Assembly (NCBI GenBank): GCA_951406725.2
Contig: OX597821.1
Span: forward strand, 64,418,001-64,482,000
From: Octopus vulgaris
Lineage: Eukaryota
Length of the DNA: 64,000 nt
Reading direction: 5' to 3'
The number at the start of each line of letters is the position of its first letter. Positions within the stretch are counted from its first letter, which is position 1. The notes below the pieces were generated by a model. That model had not been told where the DNA came from. It did not search any database and was given only the letters and a program-made list of their open reading frames with translations. Both the position numbers and the translations under genes were made by a program. This document shows positions 27,748 through 41,450 of this stretch, one piece after another.

Positions 27748-28531
27748 CTGTGCTACTCAGTGTGGTGGTCCACGGAGCGGTGCCGGTCCGTGAGCCAATC
27801 AGCTGCCGGGACGCGGCGAGTTTCCAGAAAAGAAAGCAACATTATAAAATGCTTATGTGATATTGTATTATTTGTTTACAAATATAAGATAAATAGAGGA
27901 TTAAAAAATGTCAACTTTTATTATATTCATTATATATATTGGTTGTATACTGTCAACTTAACGTGACAGTCCCGTAAAGGGAATCACACCACCGCTATTT
28001 AGCCCTAGGAAGCATCGACACTTCCTGTCAGCTTTGACATATTTCCTGTGTCCTTATATTTGCGAAGGGGAGACAAGCATCCCCACCAGCTAGGGCCTGC
28101 ACCTAGAGATATGCATGATTCTGAGTCTTGCTCGTTATCAGTCTAGGGTACAAAGACCTGCTATTTGAGATGTTTGCCTAGCCTCCGCAAACTAGGTGCA
28201 GGCCTTAGCTGGAAGGGGTTCTTGTCTCTCCTTCGCAAATATAAGGACACAGGAAATGTGTAAAAGCCGACAGGAAGCGTCGATGCTTCCTAGGGCTAAC
28301 TAGCGGTGGTGTGATTCCCTTTACGGGACTGTCACGTTAAGTTGACAGTATACAACCACTCTATCGCTCCACCAACGGTCATGTCTCTCTGAGACATTTA
28401 GAAATTCAATATTTCTAATTATATATATTGTTTCCAGTATAAATTAATATTACTAAGAAATATTACCAATCCCTGACATTTTGGAAAAAAAAACTGCCGG
28501 TATGTCACATCAGATAGTTTGAGAAGCACAG
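27748..28531. mobile_element. hAT (Charlie/MER5-like) non-autonomous DNA transposon
   Basis: Ends CTGTGCTACTCA... and ...TGAGAAGCACAG, flanked by 8-bp TSD CTCTAGAT/CTCTAGAC, matching the NTCTAGAN Charlie-type target. Confidence 0.8.
27940..28358. repeat. Long inverted repeat nested in the hAT element (167-bp arms, 85-bp spacer)
   Basis: 27940-28106 is the reverse complement of 28192-28358 with scattered mismatches. Confidence 0.9.
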
Positions 28532-28916
28532 CTCTAGACGAATGTTAAACTCAGCATTTACGAGATTACAATCATCAACCGTCTTTCTTTCTCTTGTCTT
28601 TTTCAACGGTTTGATATTCACAAGCTCACATTCTCAGCCGTGTAATGAGAATCGCATCAATTAACATCAGAATGTATAGATGTGACATATGGAAATATAG
28701 CAAGATATTTCAATTAAAATTAGTAAAAGTAATAGTGATTTTAAATTTGTTTGTATAACGGATGAATACAGAAGTCATTAAAAACAAATAGACGACATAA
28801 CTATCAATTTAATTTAGATATGATGAGACATTACTCGCATAAACACACAGGAATACAACCACACAAACACATTATAAATTTATATATTAATATATGCATA
28901 CATATATATGTAAATA

Positions 28917-28954
<38 letters not shown>

Positions 28955-29204
28955 AACACACATACACACACAAACATACACACACAAACATACACACACA
29001 CATACATATGCACTTTGACGGACAGGATCGTAATGTATTTGTAATGATTTGTATCACAGGGGCCAAGGGATACGGTGTTGAAATTAACTAGCCGTAATAT
29101 TCTGCTGTATTTATTTTATCAATACCGGAAAGGTGAAAAAACATGAAGGTATTGAAACATGTACTATCTCTCTCTCTCTCTCTCTCTCTTTCTCTTTCTT
29201 TCTT

Positions 29205-29243
<39 letters not shown>

Positions 29244-29341
29244 TTTCTTACCTAACTTTCCATCCATCCATCCATCTATCTATCTATCTATCTCTATCTA
29301 TCTATCTATCTATCTATCTCTATCTATCTATCTATCTACCT

Positions 29342-29472
29342 ACCCGCCTATTCCGGACGACTTTCGGGCCAGGGCCCATGGACAACTTGCAGAGATCCCT
29401 GTCCAACAATTTCCGACCTGTGGGCTTATGTCGAACAACTGCTGTCACGTGTGGGACGAGTCGGTTCATCAG
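29342..29472 (+). mobile_element. Short deleted fragment of the Tx1/L1 element inside (TATC)n
   Basis: Matches 51337-51396 joined to 51528-51598. Confidence 0.9.
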
Positions 29473-29495
29473 TTCCTTCCACACCTCGATCCTTG

Positions 29496-29570
<75 letters not shown>

Positions 29571-29645
29571 TTATCTGTCAGTCTGTCTATCTATCCATCT
29601 ATCTATCTACCTGCCCGTTTAACGTATCTCTCTTTCTTTTGCTCC

Positions 29646-29710
<65 letters not shown>

Positions 29711-30314
29711 CCGGTAAGGAATTCGGAGTTCGCCTCTCTAAGCAGTTTGATGTTTTGAACCTCGATCCCTTGCAATTTTAGAGATTACAGCGTTTTTTTT
29801 TTTATTTCGACGCTATCGAAAAACTTTTCAGAGTAATCTCTCGTTCAATCAGCTGTGTTTGAGCGATTATGTGGATCCCAGGTACTAATGACACCGTCAT
29901 ATCTGCGCTCTAATATACAAGTGGGACGTGGGCTACGGAGAAGCAGGGGTAGGTGGACGTCGATTTGCTACGATGCAATTGAAAGATACATGATAGGAAT
30001 ATCATTGCATGTTCATACGCATACTAAGGAAGTTGGAGGACGGAGTGGAGTGAATAACTTGTTCTCAGAATTCCGAAAGCAAAAGCCTCGCTGGTCCACA
30101 GACAAGTGGGCCCGTGCCGTTTCCGAGAGGTATCCAAGAGATCGATATAAAACTCGGAAGGCCTCTACACGACATATAATAGACTGAAAAATGTGGTAAT
30201 ACTTTCATCTGGACGTAAGTAATTAAACATTTATTTAAAATGTAATTATCTTTGTCGTGTTTAGAATGCTTTAAACTTCTTTAGAAAAGCAGTCCATGTG
30301 TTGACAGTAACTAT

Positions 30315-30562
30315 CTCTTTACTCTTTACTCTTTACTCTTTTACTTGTTTCAGTCATTTGACTGCGGCCATGCTGGAACACCGCCTTTAGTCGAGCAAAT
30401 CGACCCCGGGACTTATTTATTGTAAGCCCAGTACTTATTCTATCGGTCTCTTTTGCCGAACCGCTAAGTGAAGGGACGTAAACACACCAGCATCGGTTGT
30501 CAAGCAGTGCTAGGGGGACAAACACAGACACACAAACACATACACACATACATATATATATA

Positions 30563-30628
<66 letters not shown>

Positions 30629-30783
30629 TACGACAGGCTTCTTTCAGTTTCCGTCTACCAAATCCACTCACAAGGCATTGGTCGGCCTGAGGCTATAGCA
30701 GAAGACACTTGCCCAAGATGCCACGTGTGTGGGACTGAACCCGGAACCATGTGGTTGGGTAGCAAGCTACTTACCACACAGCC
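30315..30783 (-). mobile_element. SINE family A
   Basis: Full-length family match. Confidence 0.85.
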
Positions 30784-31570
30784 TGTGTTGAGCATTATTG
30801 ATGCAGAAATTGTCGTAGCTACATAAATACCTGAACTGAGAAATATTATGGACATCCTTTATATATCCTTTTATTACTTCAGAACAATGTTAGTCCTAAC
30901 TTAAATGTAATTTTATAAGGATATAAAGTTGACAAGAGTTCCGTTCACAAAGTATAGAGTATTTATAGTGGTTTACCATGATTTAGCTAAAGTGGAACCT
31001 GAACAATTGTAATGAGGTATATAATGGTTTGAATGTTAATATAAACGACACTGCATACTCTTGTCTTGTTCTTGTTTTGATCCCATGTTAGCTGTAATAA
31101 GGAAAATTTCCACTACCAGTTTCCATTTCCATTTCACATCCATTACTTCTGATTGTTACTTGGTGAAGAAAGCCGTCATAAATTTCAAATTTGAATTTGA
31201 TAACGGAGTCACATAAGAATTCATTGATGACAACCCATTTATTATATTGTAATTTATTTGAATATAGTTTGGATCGTGGGATTAGAAACAGCATGAAAAT
31301 ACAGTTGCAAAATCTAAGATGGAAATTGTTATCACACGTTATCATATGAAGTTTACCCAGAAAACTTCGGCAGGGAATCATATAATGACATCATTGATAT
31401 CGATAATATTTCATTTTTCAGCTACAAGGGAAAGCAAAATTAAGGAGCTAGTAGTTCATTAGGCAGACCGCTAGTCTTGCTGTTTATGTATATGACCATT
31501 TTAGTTTAAAACCATCGATGAATTATATGTTCAACAGTAAAGCGTTATATGCAAACACACACACACACAC

Positions 31571-31621
<51 letters not shown>

Positions 31622-31728
31622 TTACATTTCTGAATCTTCAAATTTTCAATATGCTAGGCCGCTGGTTTTAAATTGATATTAATCAAATTAATATACATTT
31701 TTCCACCCTTATTATTTAAATTTATATA

Positions 31729-32935
31729 GTGACGACCATGACTTTGAGCCTCAGTCTCAACACATGGCTCGCCACTTCATCTTACGTGGATATCTCCTCA
31801 CCACTATCTACACCGCCCTTGCCAGAGCACGTTCCATGGACCGTGCATCTGCTCTCTCCCCCCGAACCCGCACTACCGTCTCCCGCCTCCCATTTCTCCT
31901 CATCTACCACCCACCGCCCTGCTTCTCCAACGCACCACTCTCCGAGCCTTCCGGCGACTCCAATCCGACCTCTCCACTTCGCACAACTCCCCTAATCGAC
32001 CCCTTCCCTCCTTCAAACGAGCCCACAATCAACGAGACCTCTTGGTACACAGCTTCTTCCCTAACCCAACCTCCTAAACCGACTCGTTCCCCTGCTACCG
32101 CACACGCTGCCGCGCGTGCCCTTACCTCACTTGCACCACCCTTCTCACCGACACCTATCATCGACCCTATCACATCACGGACTCCTTCCCCTGCACCTCT
32201 ACAAATATCATCTACTGCATCTCCTGCTCTCTCTGCTCTTCTCTATACATCGGGCAAACGAGACGTCGCTTGGATGACCGTTCGCGGAACACCTCCGAGA
32301 CATCCAATTCGACAAAGACACCCGGGTCTTGCGCCATTTCCGCTCTACCGGTCACTCTTTGCAACACCTATCCGTGTTCGGATTGTCCTTGCACAGGGGC
32401 CATCTGGACTCCTGTTTGCGCTGTGAACAGGGATTAATCTTCTCTCTTCACTCCTTTGACCCACATGGGCTCAACTCTCCTCCCCTCTTCATCTAACCTC
32501 CTCTTTCATCTCTCTCACCCTCACACCTACTTCCAACACATCACATCACAACACACCTACACACACACATCAGCACTGACCACTTCTCAGACCCTACTCA
32601 TACACATTTACTCATACATACACGCACATCAGCACTGACCACTTCCCAGACCCTACTCATACACATTTACTCATACACACACGCACATACAAAGTCCCTT
32701 ACACACACGCACACGCACCTTTGTTTTGGAATCATCACTATTTTATTATCTCACCTTCTCCCTAGCTCTCCTGCGATAGAGCGCTAGCCACTACACATTC
32801 TTTATTTTTTCTCCTTCTTCCTTTCTGTGGAAGAGAGTAGGCTCGAAACGTTAAAAACTTCCCGAGCGTTATACTAATACATCTGTTTATTGTCTACACC
32901 ACCTGTCTACGTCTTTTTTTGGGGGGGAGTGAATT
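31729..32935 (+). mobile_element. Penelope-like element 3' part: RT thumb, CxxxxCxxC knuckle, GIY-YIG endonuclease (frameshifted), 3' pLTR
   Basis: Across frameshifts it translates FILRGY..RLPFLLIYHP..PSFKRAHNQRDLLVHS..FPCYRTRCRACPY..CTSTNIIYCISCSLCSSLYIGQTRRRL..EHLRDI..HF..GH..EQGLIFSL..PHGLN (Neptune-like). A hammerhead follows at 32821. Confidence 0.85.
32821..32856 (+). ncRNA. Minimal hammerhead motif, CUGUGGA core variant
   Basis: CTTT-CTGTGGA-AGAGAGTAGGCTC-GAAAC-GTT-AAAA. Confidence 0.5.
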
Positions 32936-32954
32936 CTCCTTATATATATATATA

Positions 32955-33349
32955 CTAGCAGTATCGCCCGGCGTTGCTCGGGTTTGTAAGGGAAATAATT
33001 ATATAAGCATTTTTAGAGATGTAAAGTATAATAGCCATCTCAATATGGCTAACCACAAAGGGCGAGGTGTGTTACTGTAGCTTTTTACGTTCTGAGATTT
33101 AATAATAAATTTTAGAGAGTTACTTCCCTTATATATGTCAAAAAGGGATTAAAAATGGGAAAAATTGATGGTAAATTTTTTTTTAAATCGTAGACTCATC
33201 GTAGACGCGCGCTAATACCCAGACGGTCTCGATATGAATCACGACTATAAGATACCCGGTTTTGGTTAAACTGCACCGCAAAATGTGGGAGTAGTTAGGA
33301 ATCTAAATCGTAGGAGACAGACACACAACTTCACTTTTATATATAAAGA
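32955..33349 (-). mobile_element. Non-autonomous Helitron
   Basis: Minus strand starts A|TC(TTTATATATAAAAG), has the subterminal hairpin CCCGAGCAACGCCGGG and ends CTAG|T, with no TSD. Confidence 0.85.
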
Positions 33350-33412
33350 TTTCCTCTATTTACATAATATTGAGGTCTCTTTCTTTCTTTTGTTATCTTA
33401 CTGTTTTTACCA

Positions 33413-33464
<52 letters not shown>

Positions 33465-33467
<3 letters not shown>

Positions 33468-33786
33468 CAGAGATGTACTTGCATAGCAAGTGACTTGATC
33501 TGAGATCGTGTGCTGGAACGAAAACAGTTGCAGCGTTGAAGGTGTTTATAAGCCATTTAAGAAACACACAAAAACCGTTAGATTCACTTCAACATTTAAA
33601 TTTAATTTGTCAAAATATTTTCGTCGCTTTGAGACCGCGACCTGTTAGCACGATATTTTTGTCAGTGAACAGGTCGCGGTCTCAAAGCGAGGAATATATT
33701 TTGGCAAATTAAATTTAAATGTTGAAGTGAATCTAACGGTTTTTGTGTGTTTCTTAAATGGCTTACAAACACCTTCCACGCTGCAA
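33465..33786. mobile_element. pLTR-like element with 119-bp inverted arms (33528-33646, 33668-33786) and a G3:C8 hammerhead-like motif
   Basis: Arms are reverse complements. The two-arm consensus is TTGTCA-GTGAACA-G-GTCGC..GCGAC-GAAA-ATAT-TT-TGACAA. Confidence 0.6.
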
Positions 33787-34714
33787 TATATATATACACA
33801 CATATATATATATGTATGTATGTATGTATGTGTGTATATGTGTATGCATGTATGTGTGTGTGTGTGCGTGTCTGTGCTTGTGATTGTCCTCCACCACTGC
33901 TTCACAACGAATGTTGGTTTGTTTACATCCCTGTCACCTAGTGGTTTGACAAAGGAAACAGATAGAATAAGTACAATGCTTACAAAAATAAAACTGGAGT
34001 TGATTCATTAAACTACAATTCTTCAAGGCATTGCCCCAGCATGGCCACAGACCAATGGCTGGAAAAAGCAGAAGAATAAAAGAATACATTCTCTGCTTTG
34101 GTCTGATGTTCAAGGCATAAGAAAGCTTGAGTTAACATGAGAAGGCCTAACAGACCTGGTAGAAACAGCAGCCAAATCTCCCTCAAATCACACCTTACTG
34201 TCTTATGTATGTATATATATATATATACAAGCCACTACGGTTATTTAATGTAAAGTCTTCCTCAAATCACTCTCGCTATTTACTCTCTTCCAAGAACATT
34301 TTCACTCACTCTTATCTCTTAGCTTGCCATACATTTTACTCATGTATCTATCAGCGTGATAGACAGAAACAAATATTACATCGCCATCGCCATCGCATTC
34401 TATTGTCTACCTGTCAACACACACACAGTGAATTACTTTCATTTTATTCGTTGCACACTGTGTGTGTGCGTGTGCGTGTGGTGTAAACCACATTAAGAAA
34501 AGCATTTGACATACACACCAGAATGTGAGTTTTCTGTAAATTTTGCTTAATTGGAGTTTAAATTTTAAAAACTGGACTTGGCATGACCCGATGCATTCTA
34601 CTCTTAAAAATGCTAGGTAAATTGTAATTGAAGAAATCCTATATTGTAGATTTCTATAACTGACAAAGGGAGGCAGATAAAGTCTGCCTTTTATAATAAG
34701 AGATATGTATATAT

Positions 34715-35108
34715 TCCTTTTACTTGTTTGAATTGTTAGAGTGCAGCCATGCTGGTGCACCGTCTTCAACAATGTTAGTCGAGCGAATGAATCAACCCCA
34801 GTACTTTTAATTAAGATGCATATTCTATCTATCCCGTTTGACGAATCGTTAGATCACGGCGACGTAAACACACCAACTACAGTATTTCAACCAGTGGTGG
34901 GGGTTAGACACACACGCACACACACACACACACAAAACACACCCACCCACCCCACACATATATATATATATATATCCGTCTACTAAATCCACTACTTAAC
35001 AGTTGCTTGGCCATCTTAATGCTATAATGGAAGACACTTGCTCAAGGTGCCACACTGCGACTGAATTCTGGTCTATGTGGTTCAGAAGCAAATATCAAAC
35101 CACACAGT
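34715..35108 (-). mobile_element. SINE family A, diverged; partial plus-strand copy at about 33850-34085
   Basis: Family match. Confidence 0.7.
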
Positions 35109-36307
35109 CTGTATATATTGCAATTTATAAACCCATTCAGATCATTTGGTTTGCCAAAAATGCAAAACACCAATAATATAACAAACACCTCTAGGACAAA
35201 GTTCTTGAAAGAAAATAAAAAATAAACGAACTTAAAATATATTACTGAAAGAAGATGATCAGCAGAACGGAATTGTAAGGTCAAAACTTCACTGGAATTT
35301 GCAAGAACGTGACTATGTGAAAAAATTAAACTAATCGACACATCACAATAAAAAGGAACAGTTAAGAATAAGCAGAGGAAATTTGAGTTTAACGGGATGA
35401 GAGAATATATTTAATTGTTTAAAAGTGATAATTTTAGGATCAGAATTAAATAACACAATCTCTGTTATAAGCCCCAAATGATTTATACGGTAAGGAATAT
35501 AAAGCTACAGGCATTTTTCACGGGATTGGTTTGCTAGTCCGCTATAAAAAGAACTCTGAGGATTTAAAAGTGAATATTTGAACTACACGGAATATGAGAC
35601 AATATATGCCTGTTTATTGCAGAACTAAACCATTCGCAGTCTCTATTGTAAGCACCAAACGATTTATCCAGCAAGCAATATAAAACTACAGACCTTTATC
35701 AGTTTTCTTCTGTTTCTATACATGCCAACTACATTTCCTCTCTTGCTGAAGCTGCTAGTGAGTAAGTGATCAAATAAATGATGGTGGAAATCCATTATAT
35801 AAGCTGTGAGAGTGCTTCTTCACTAAATTAACGTCAATTTGTGTCAATATTGACGTCTTCTTAATGGAATTTTGCACTCAATTTTAATGTTAGGTGTTAG
35901 GTGATTTGAAAAAGTGTTGGACATCTATCAGGGAGAAGTTGAGATAACTCTGTAGCAGTGTATTTGCTGACTTGATGTGGCATGAAGGCGTTGCCGAAAG
36001 TTAAAACACTTCACATTTCTACTAATTTCTGACTCTACATCCACCCCCCACACACACACACAAGTACACACGTAGGCACACACTTACGCATATCCACACA
36101 TAGTCTTAAAAATTTACATTTATATAGAAATATACATTATATTCGCATTTAAATGCAAATCAACTTAAATACATATGTACACATACTCATAAGCAATTAT
36201 TAAAAATTGGAGGACTCACGCACTTACTAACGCACACACACACACACACATATATATATACATACATATATATATATATACATACATATATATATACACA
36301 TATATAC

Positions 36308-36350
<43 letters not shown>

Positions 36351-36376
36351 CATATATACATACATATATATATACA

Positions 36377-36444
<68 letters not shown>

Positions 36445-36447
36445 CAT

Positions 36448-36506
<59 letters not shown>

Positions 36507-37739
36507 TACGTAAACATATTCATACGTACAATTATATGCAACAAGAATGCCTCTACTTACTATGAAATATAAAAGAGTTAAGACAGAACCAATAAAGAGA
36601 AGAAAATGAAATTAAGCAAAAGCTAGCAAAAAAATCAAACAATATACCCAAAACATCACCGACAAGATAAGAGTTTAGTTGGGGTAGATAAGTGAGCTGT
36701 TAAAATTGAGAGACATTCGTTCTATTTTACTTTATTTTATTTTGATTCTGTTATCATTATTATTATTATCATTTTTTTTTTCTGAGAATACAGTAAATTT
36801 TCTGACATATTGGTAGGTACCAGTGGGAGATTGACAAATAACAGTTCTCTTCTATTCAGCAAATACGTCAAGCAAAAAAAAAAAAAAAAGATGAGTTAAA
36901 GAAATAAACATATAAATAAATATATACTTTCTGTTTTAAAATTTAACGTGTGAAGAAAGTATGATTGATTTTCGTCGTAATTACTGTAAATCAACATTTA
37001 TCTGTAAATGATGTAAATTTAGTTAAACGTAATTTGTTTAAACAGAATTTAAAAGAAAATTTAAACACCACTTGTTTACTTCTTCGTCTAAACACTTCAA
37101 AGTAATTCAGCAGCAATAACAAAATAAAAATATTTGTGTTTTTTTTTCTTCGTCAATCTGTAATAGATTAAAAATAGATAATATGTATTTCTTAAAATAA
37201 GCAACGTATTCATAGGGGAGGCGTGTTGTCGACTTAATCTACGTCAGTATACCTCTTTTATAAACTCAAGTGGTATTACTGTCTACTTTTATAGATTTCT
37301 GCTGGGAAGAAAAGAAAAATCGTTTCCGACCGTTCTGAAGTCGGATCTGGCAGGAAAGCAACACCCACAAATTTATTCTGCTAATTTTGCTCCAGTCATT
37401 TCTATCAGCAGTAGAATGGCGTTAATATTTTGGAACAATCTTTTAGATCGAATGGGGATAGTGAAAGATCGTTAGTAACGTTTAGAGAGTTAAATAGAAG
37501 AAACATTCCCAAACATTCTGATACATATTTCCGATAGCAAGCACACCTGAGATGAATATAATTATATGTACTGACAAAATGCAGAAATATAAATTTTTGT
37601 ACTGTATCGAGGTCTAACACATTTCTTTCTTTTTACCTCGGTCTACACTGCCGCAATATAGGATGTATCGCGTGGACTCTCATGTTACTACTCAACATGA
37701 AAACATTTCTTGGTTTAATCACATCAAGAATAACCCTTT

Positions 37740-38030
37740 TTTTACTATAGGCACAAAACTTGAAATTCTGGGCGAGGCGCTAGTCGATTACAACGACCTG
37801 CGTTCTGAACTGGTATTGATCTTCTCAGCCCCCAAAGGCAAAAGTTGACATCAGAGGAATTTGAACCCAGAATATAAAGATGGACGAATGCCGTTTATAT
37901 CGTTCAGCAGTCGACCCCAAAAAGATTAAAATTAAAGTCGATCTCGGCGGAATTTGAACCCACAAAGTAAAGACGGACGAAATACGGCTAAGCATTTTGC
38001 CCGGTGTGTTAACGATTCTGCCAGCTCATC
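37740..38030 (-). mobile_element. SINE family B, diverged
   Basis: AAAGTCGA.CTCGGCGGAATTTGAAC...GACGAAATACGGCTAAGCATTT motif. Confidence 0.7.
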
Positions 38031-38232
38031 GAATTGCTACTACATATACACATACAGCATTGTAAACTTATCAAAAAAGACAATATACCGCGATTATTAG
38101 AAGCTTGGGAAAAGACTACAGTAATCTTCACTAGATTGTGGAATCTTTAGATGAAAAAGAAAATCAAAAAAATAGGCTGGCATTTAAATTCATAATTTCC
38201 TTCAGGTGAGTTTTCATATTCCTCGTAATTTT

Positions 38233-38617
38233 GGAAGCACTCCGTCGGTTACGACGATGAGGGTTCCGGTTGATCCGAATCAACGGAACAGCCTGCTCGT
38301 GAAATTAACGTGTAAGTGGCTGAGCACTCCACAGACACGTGCACCCTTAACGTAATTCTCGGGGATATTCAGCGTGACACAGAGAGTGACAAGGCCGGCC
38401 CCTTGAAATACAGGTACAACAGAAACAGGAAGTAAGAGTGAGAGAAAGTTGTGGTGAAAGAGTACAGCAGGGATCACCACCATCCCCTGGCGGAGCCTCA
38501 TGGAGCTTTTAGGTGTTTTCACTCAATAAACACTCACAACGACCGGTCTGGGAATCGAAACCGCGATCCTATGACCGCGAGTCCGCTGCCCTAACCACTG
38601 GGCCATTGCGCCTCCAC
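38233..38617 (-). mobile_element. tRNA-derived SINE (family D, possibly octopus OR-type)
   Basis: Minus-strand head GGCGCAATGGCCCAGTGGTTAGGGCAGCGGACTCGCGG...GGTTTCGATTCCC with A and B boxes; same head at 62570-62752. Confidence 0.8.
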
Positions 38618-38886
38618 ATTCCTCGTAATATACTCAAAGTATTTTATCAATGAAATACAGTTCGCTCTCAAATATAAGCTAGCTCATCGTTTCTGCCACA
38701 ACGGACGAGCCATAGGAAGGAATTAACTACACCCTAACTATTATGTAATCCTATTTATCCCGTGGGCTACTACTCGATATCCTTTGTGTTTTTATTTTGG
38801 TCTTAATTCAAGCTCAATACTGAAAAATTATTATACTTCAACATTGAGCATCACCTTCGGGTAACTGTGTAATCTGATATCACGTA

Positions 38887-39104
38887 CTGGGTGGGTGTTG
38901 AAAACTTCCTGACTTGAAGGGTATCGCAAAAAGCCTGGCTGGAAGCTCAACCTTCCAAGTTCTATTACAAAGCTTAGAAAACCTGAAGAACCGCAACAAT
39001 AACTGTGTGACTCTGAGAGGGGAATATATTGAATAAAAATTATAATTAACAGATCCCCCTGTATTCACTTTTATCCAAGCCAAGAACTTTTCAGAAACCC
39101 CTTG
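38887..39104 (+). mobile_element. Mariner-derived MITE
   Basis: TA-flanked imperfect TIRs (GGGTG.TGAAAA.TTCCTG.CTT and AAGCCA.GAACTTTTCAG.A.CCCC); retains the mariner C-terminus ..LENLKNRNNNCVTLRGEYIE*. Confidence 0.8.
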
Positions 39105-39448
39105 TACACCGTAGTTCGGCAATTGTTTTCTACAAAGCTAGATGTATGCCATATTGAGCAATGCTATTCAATAAATGGAAAATAACCGTGTTCATTTACT
39201 TTGAGGTTATTTAGTATAGTGTTTCCCATAGAAAAGTTTCTAAGGTATGAAAATGTGGCAGATGAATTACTGCGGATAATTAAATTGAGATGGTTTACGC
39301 ACAAAACTATGAGGGTGCAAATTCTTTTCTGTCTTCTCATTAGTATACAGCTGCGGCTTGACATTTCCGCTAATATGGTGTGGGGGTGGCTTTAACTCGT
39401 AAGTTTGGAAACCATTGCTGTAGGCGTTAAACTTTAATATCTATTTCC

Positions 39449-39494
<46 letters not shown>

Positions 39495-39644
39495 TTATAC
39501 ATACATACATACATACATACATACATGCATACATACGTACATGCATACATACATACATACATACATACATACATACATACATGCATACATATATACATAC
39601 ATACATGCATACAGAAAGAAAGACAGAATACGTTCTACTATAGG

Positions 39645-40825
39645 CAGGCACAAGACCGGAAATGGTCGGGGATTAGTCAATTACATCCACACCAGTGTTT
39701 CACTACTACTTATTTTATCGACCTCGGAAGGACGGAAAGCAAAGTCGACCATAACAGAATTTGAACACAGAGCTTAGACAGAGGAAATGCTGCTAAGCTC
39801 CCACACCCGTGCTAGCGACTCTGCTAGCTCGCAATAAACGAACAAGGGTCGGCAGCAATATTTCCATCGCAATCTTAAGAACTATATCAAAATTTGTACC
39901 TTAAGTATTCTTTTATACTCTAGGCACTAGGCTCGAAATTTTGGGGGAGGGGGCTCGTCGATTAGATCGACCCCACTACGCAACTGGTACTTAATTCATC
40001 AATCCCGAAAGGATGAAAGGCAAAGTCGACCTCGACCGAATTTGGACACAGGATGTAAAGACAGACGAAATACCTATTTCTTTACTACCCACAAGGGGCT
40101 AAACACAGAGAGGACAAACAAGGAAAGACAAAGGGATTAAGTCGATTATATCGACCACAGTACGTAACTGGTACTTAATTTATCGACCCCGAAAGGATGA
40201 AAGGCAAAGTCGACCTCGGCGGAATTTGAACTCACAACGTAACAGCAGACGAAATACCGCTAAGCATTACGTCCGGCATGCAAACGTTTCCGCCAGCTCG
40301 CCGCCTTTTGTTCCTTGAATATTAGCTTTCATCTTTGACATTTGAAAATACTTCCGTTCTGATCAGCCGCTTACAACAAGTTCAAATACAGCTCTGAAAA
40401 TAACATTCGTTTCAAAGCTTAACACAAGGCCAGCAACTTAGGGCAAACGTGTAACTCGATTGCTTCGACTGGTAATCATTTTATCGTTCTCAGAAGCATG
40501 AAAGGCAAAGGCGATCCTGAGGGAATTGGAATTCTGAACGTAAATTCTGAAGAAATGCCGCCAAGTGTTGTGTCCGTCATGCTAACTCGCAGCCTTATAG
40601 CCCTCAAAAATTGGTATTGATTTCAAATTTTGGTACGTGGACAGCACTTTCAGGAAGAGGATAAACCGATTACATCAACTTCAGTGTTCAACCGGTACTT
40701 ATTTTATCATCGTCTAAAGGACTAAAAGCAAAGTCGAATCCCGCAGCATTTGAATTCAGAACGTAAAATCAGAAACAATGCCGTTCAGAATCTTTTCGGC
40801 GCGGTTTCACTCCTGCCAGCTCTCA
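39645..40825 (-). mobile_element. Cluster of tandem SINE family B copies (best copy 39915-40306)
   Basis: Repeated CTGGTACTTAATTTATCGACCCCGAAAGGATGAAAGGCAAAGTCGACC, the reverse complement of a Nin/Deu-like domain. Confidence 0.8.
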
Positions 40826-41246
40826 AAAATAACGTTGCTCTTACATTTCCTCAGGCGAATATAGAAGAAACAAGGAACGCTATATTACGTAGGGGTAGAT
40901 CTCATGCCAGTACCTTAATCCAATAATATAAAGGAAATAATTTAGATTCAAATTAATGGTAAGTTGTACTTCGTCGTGCCGCCAACTTTCATGTGGATCC
41001 ATTGTACTGTACTGTTGACATTTAAGTGTATTGAACATAGCCAAAGTGACGTACCAGTGAAACGCCACCAACTATCGAAAACGTAGTTAGTTGTCTGCCC
41101 ACCCAGAAATTCAAGCGTCAGTTATTTCCATATTTTATCAATGTGAGGGATATTAGTTTAGAAAGGTTAGTAATTACAATTTGATTTAGTATTTATGTGA
41201 ACAAAGAAATTCGAATATATGTGCATGCATATGTATACATATATAC

Positions 41247-41315
<69 letters not shown>

Positions 41316-41418
41316 GGAGGATGTGTGTATGTATATATGTACATATATGTATATATATACATTTATATATATACACCAATATATTTGTAAATATATATAT
41401 GAATATATATATATATTC

Positions 41419-41450
<32 letters not shown>

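Noticed and set aside
29781-29840. Hammerhead-like motif on the minus strand (GAGATTAC/GTAATCTC stem, CTGAAAA..GAAA)
   Set aside because: C3:A8 mismatch and no convincing stem II or III.
31764-32426. 220-aa ORF as an intact protein
   Set aside because: Only about the first 50 aa are in the Penelope frame; the rest is out of frame after a frameshift.
32566-32686. About 59-bp tandem duplication
   Set aside because: Ordinary slippage within the CA-rich 3' UTR of the Penelope-like element.
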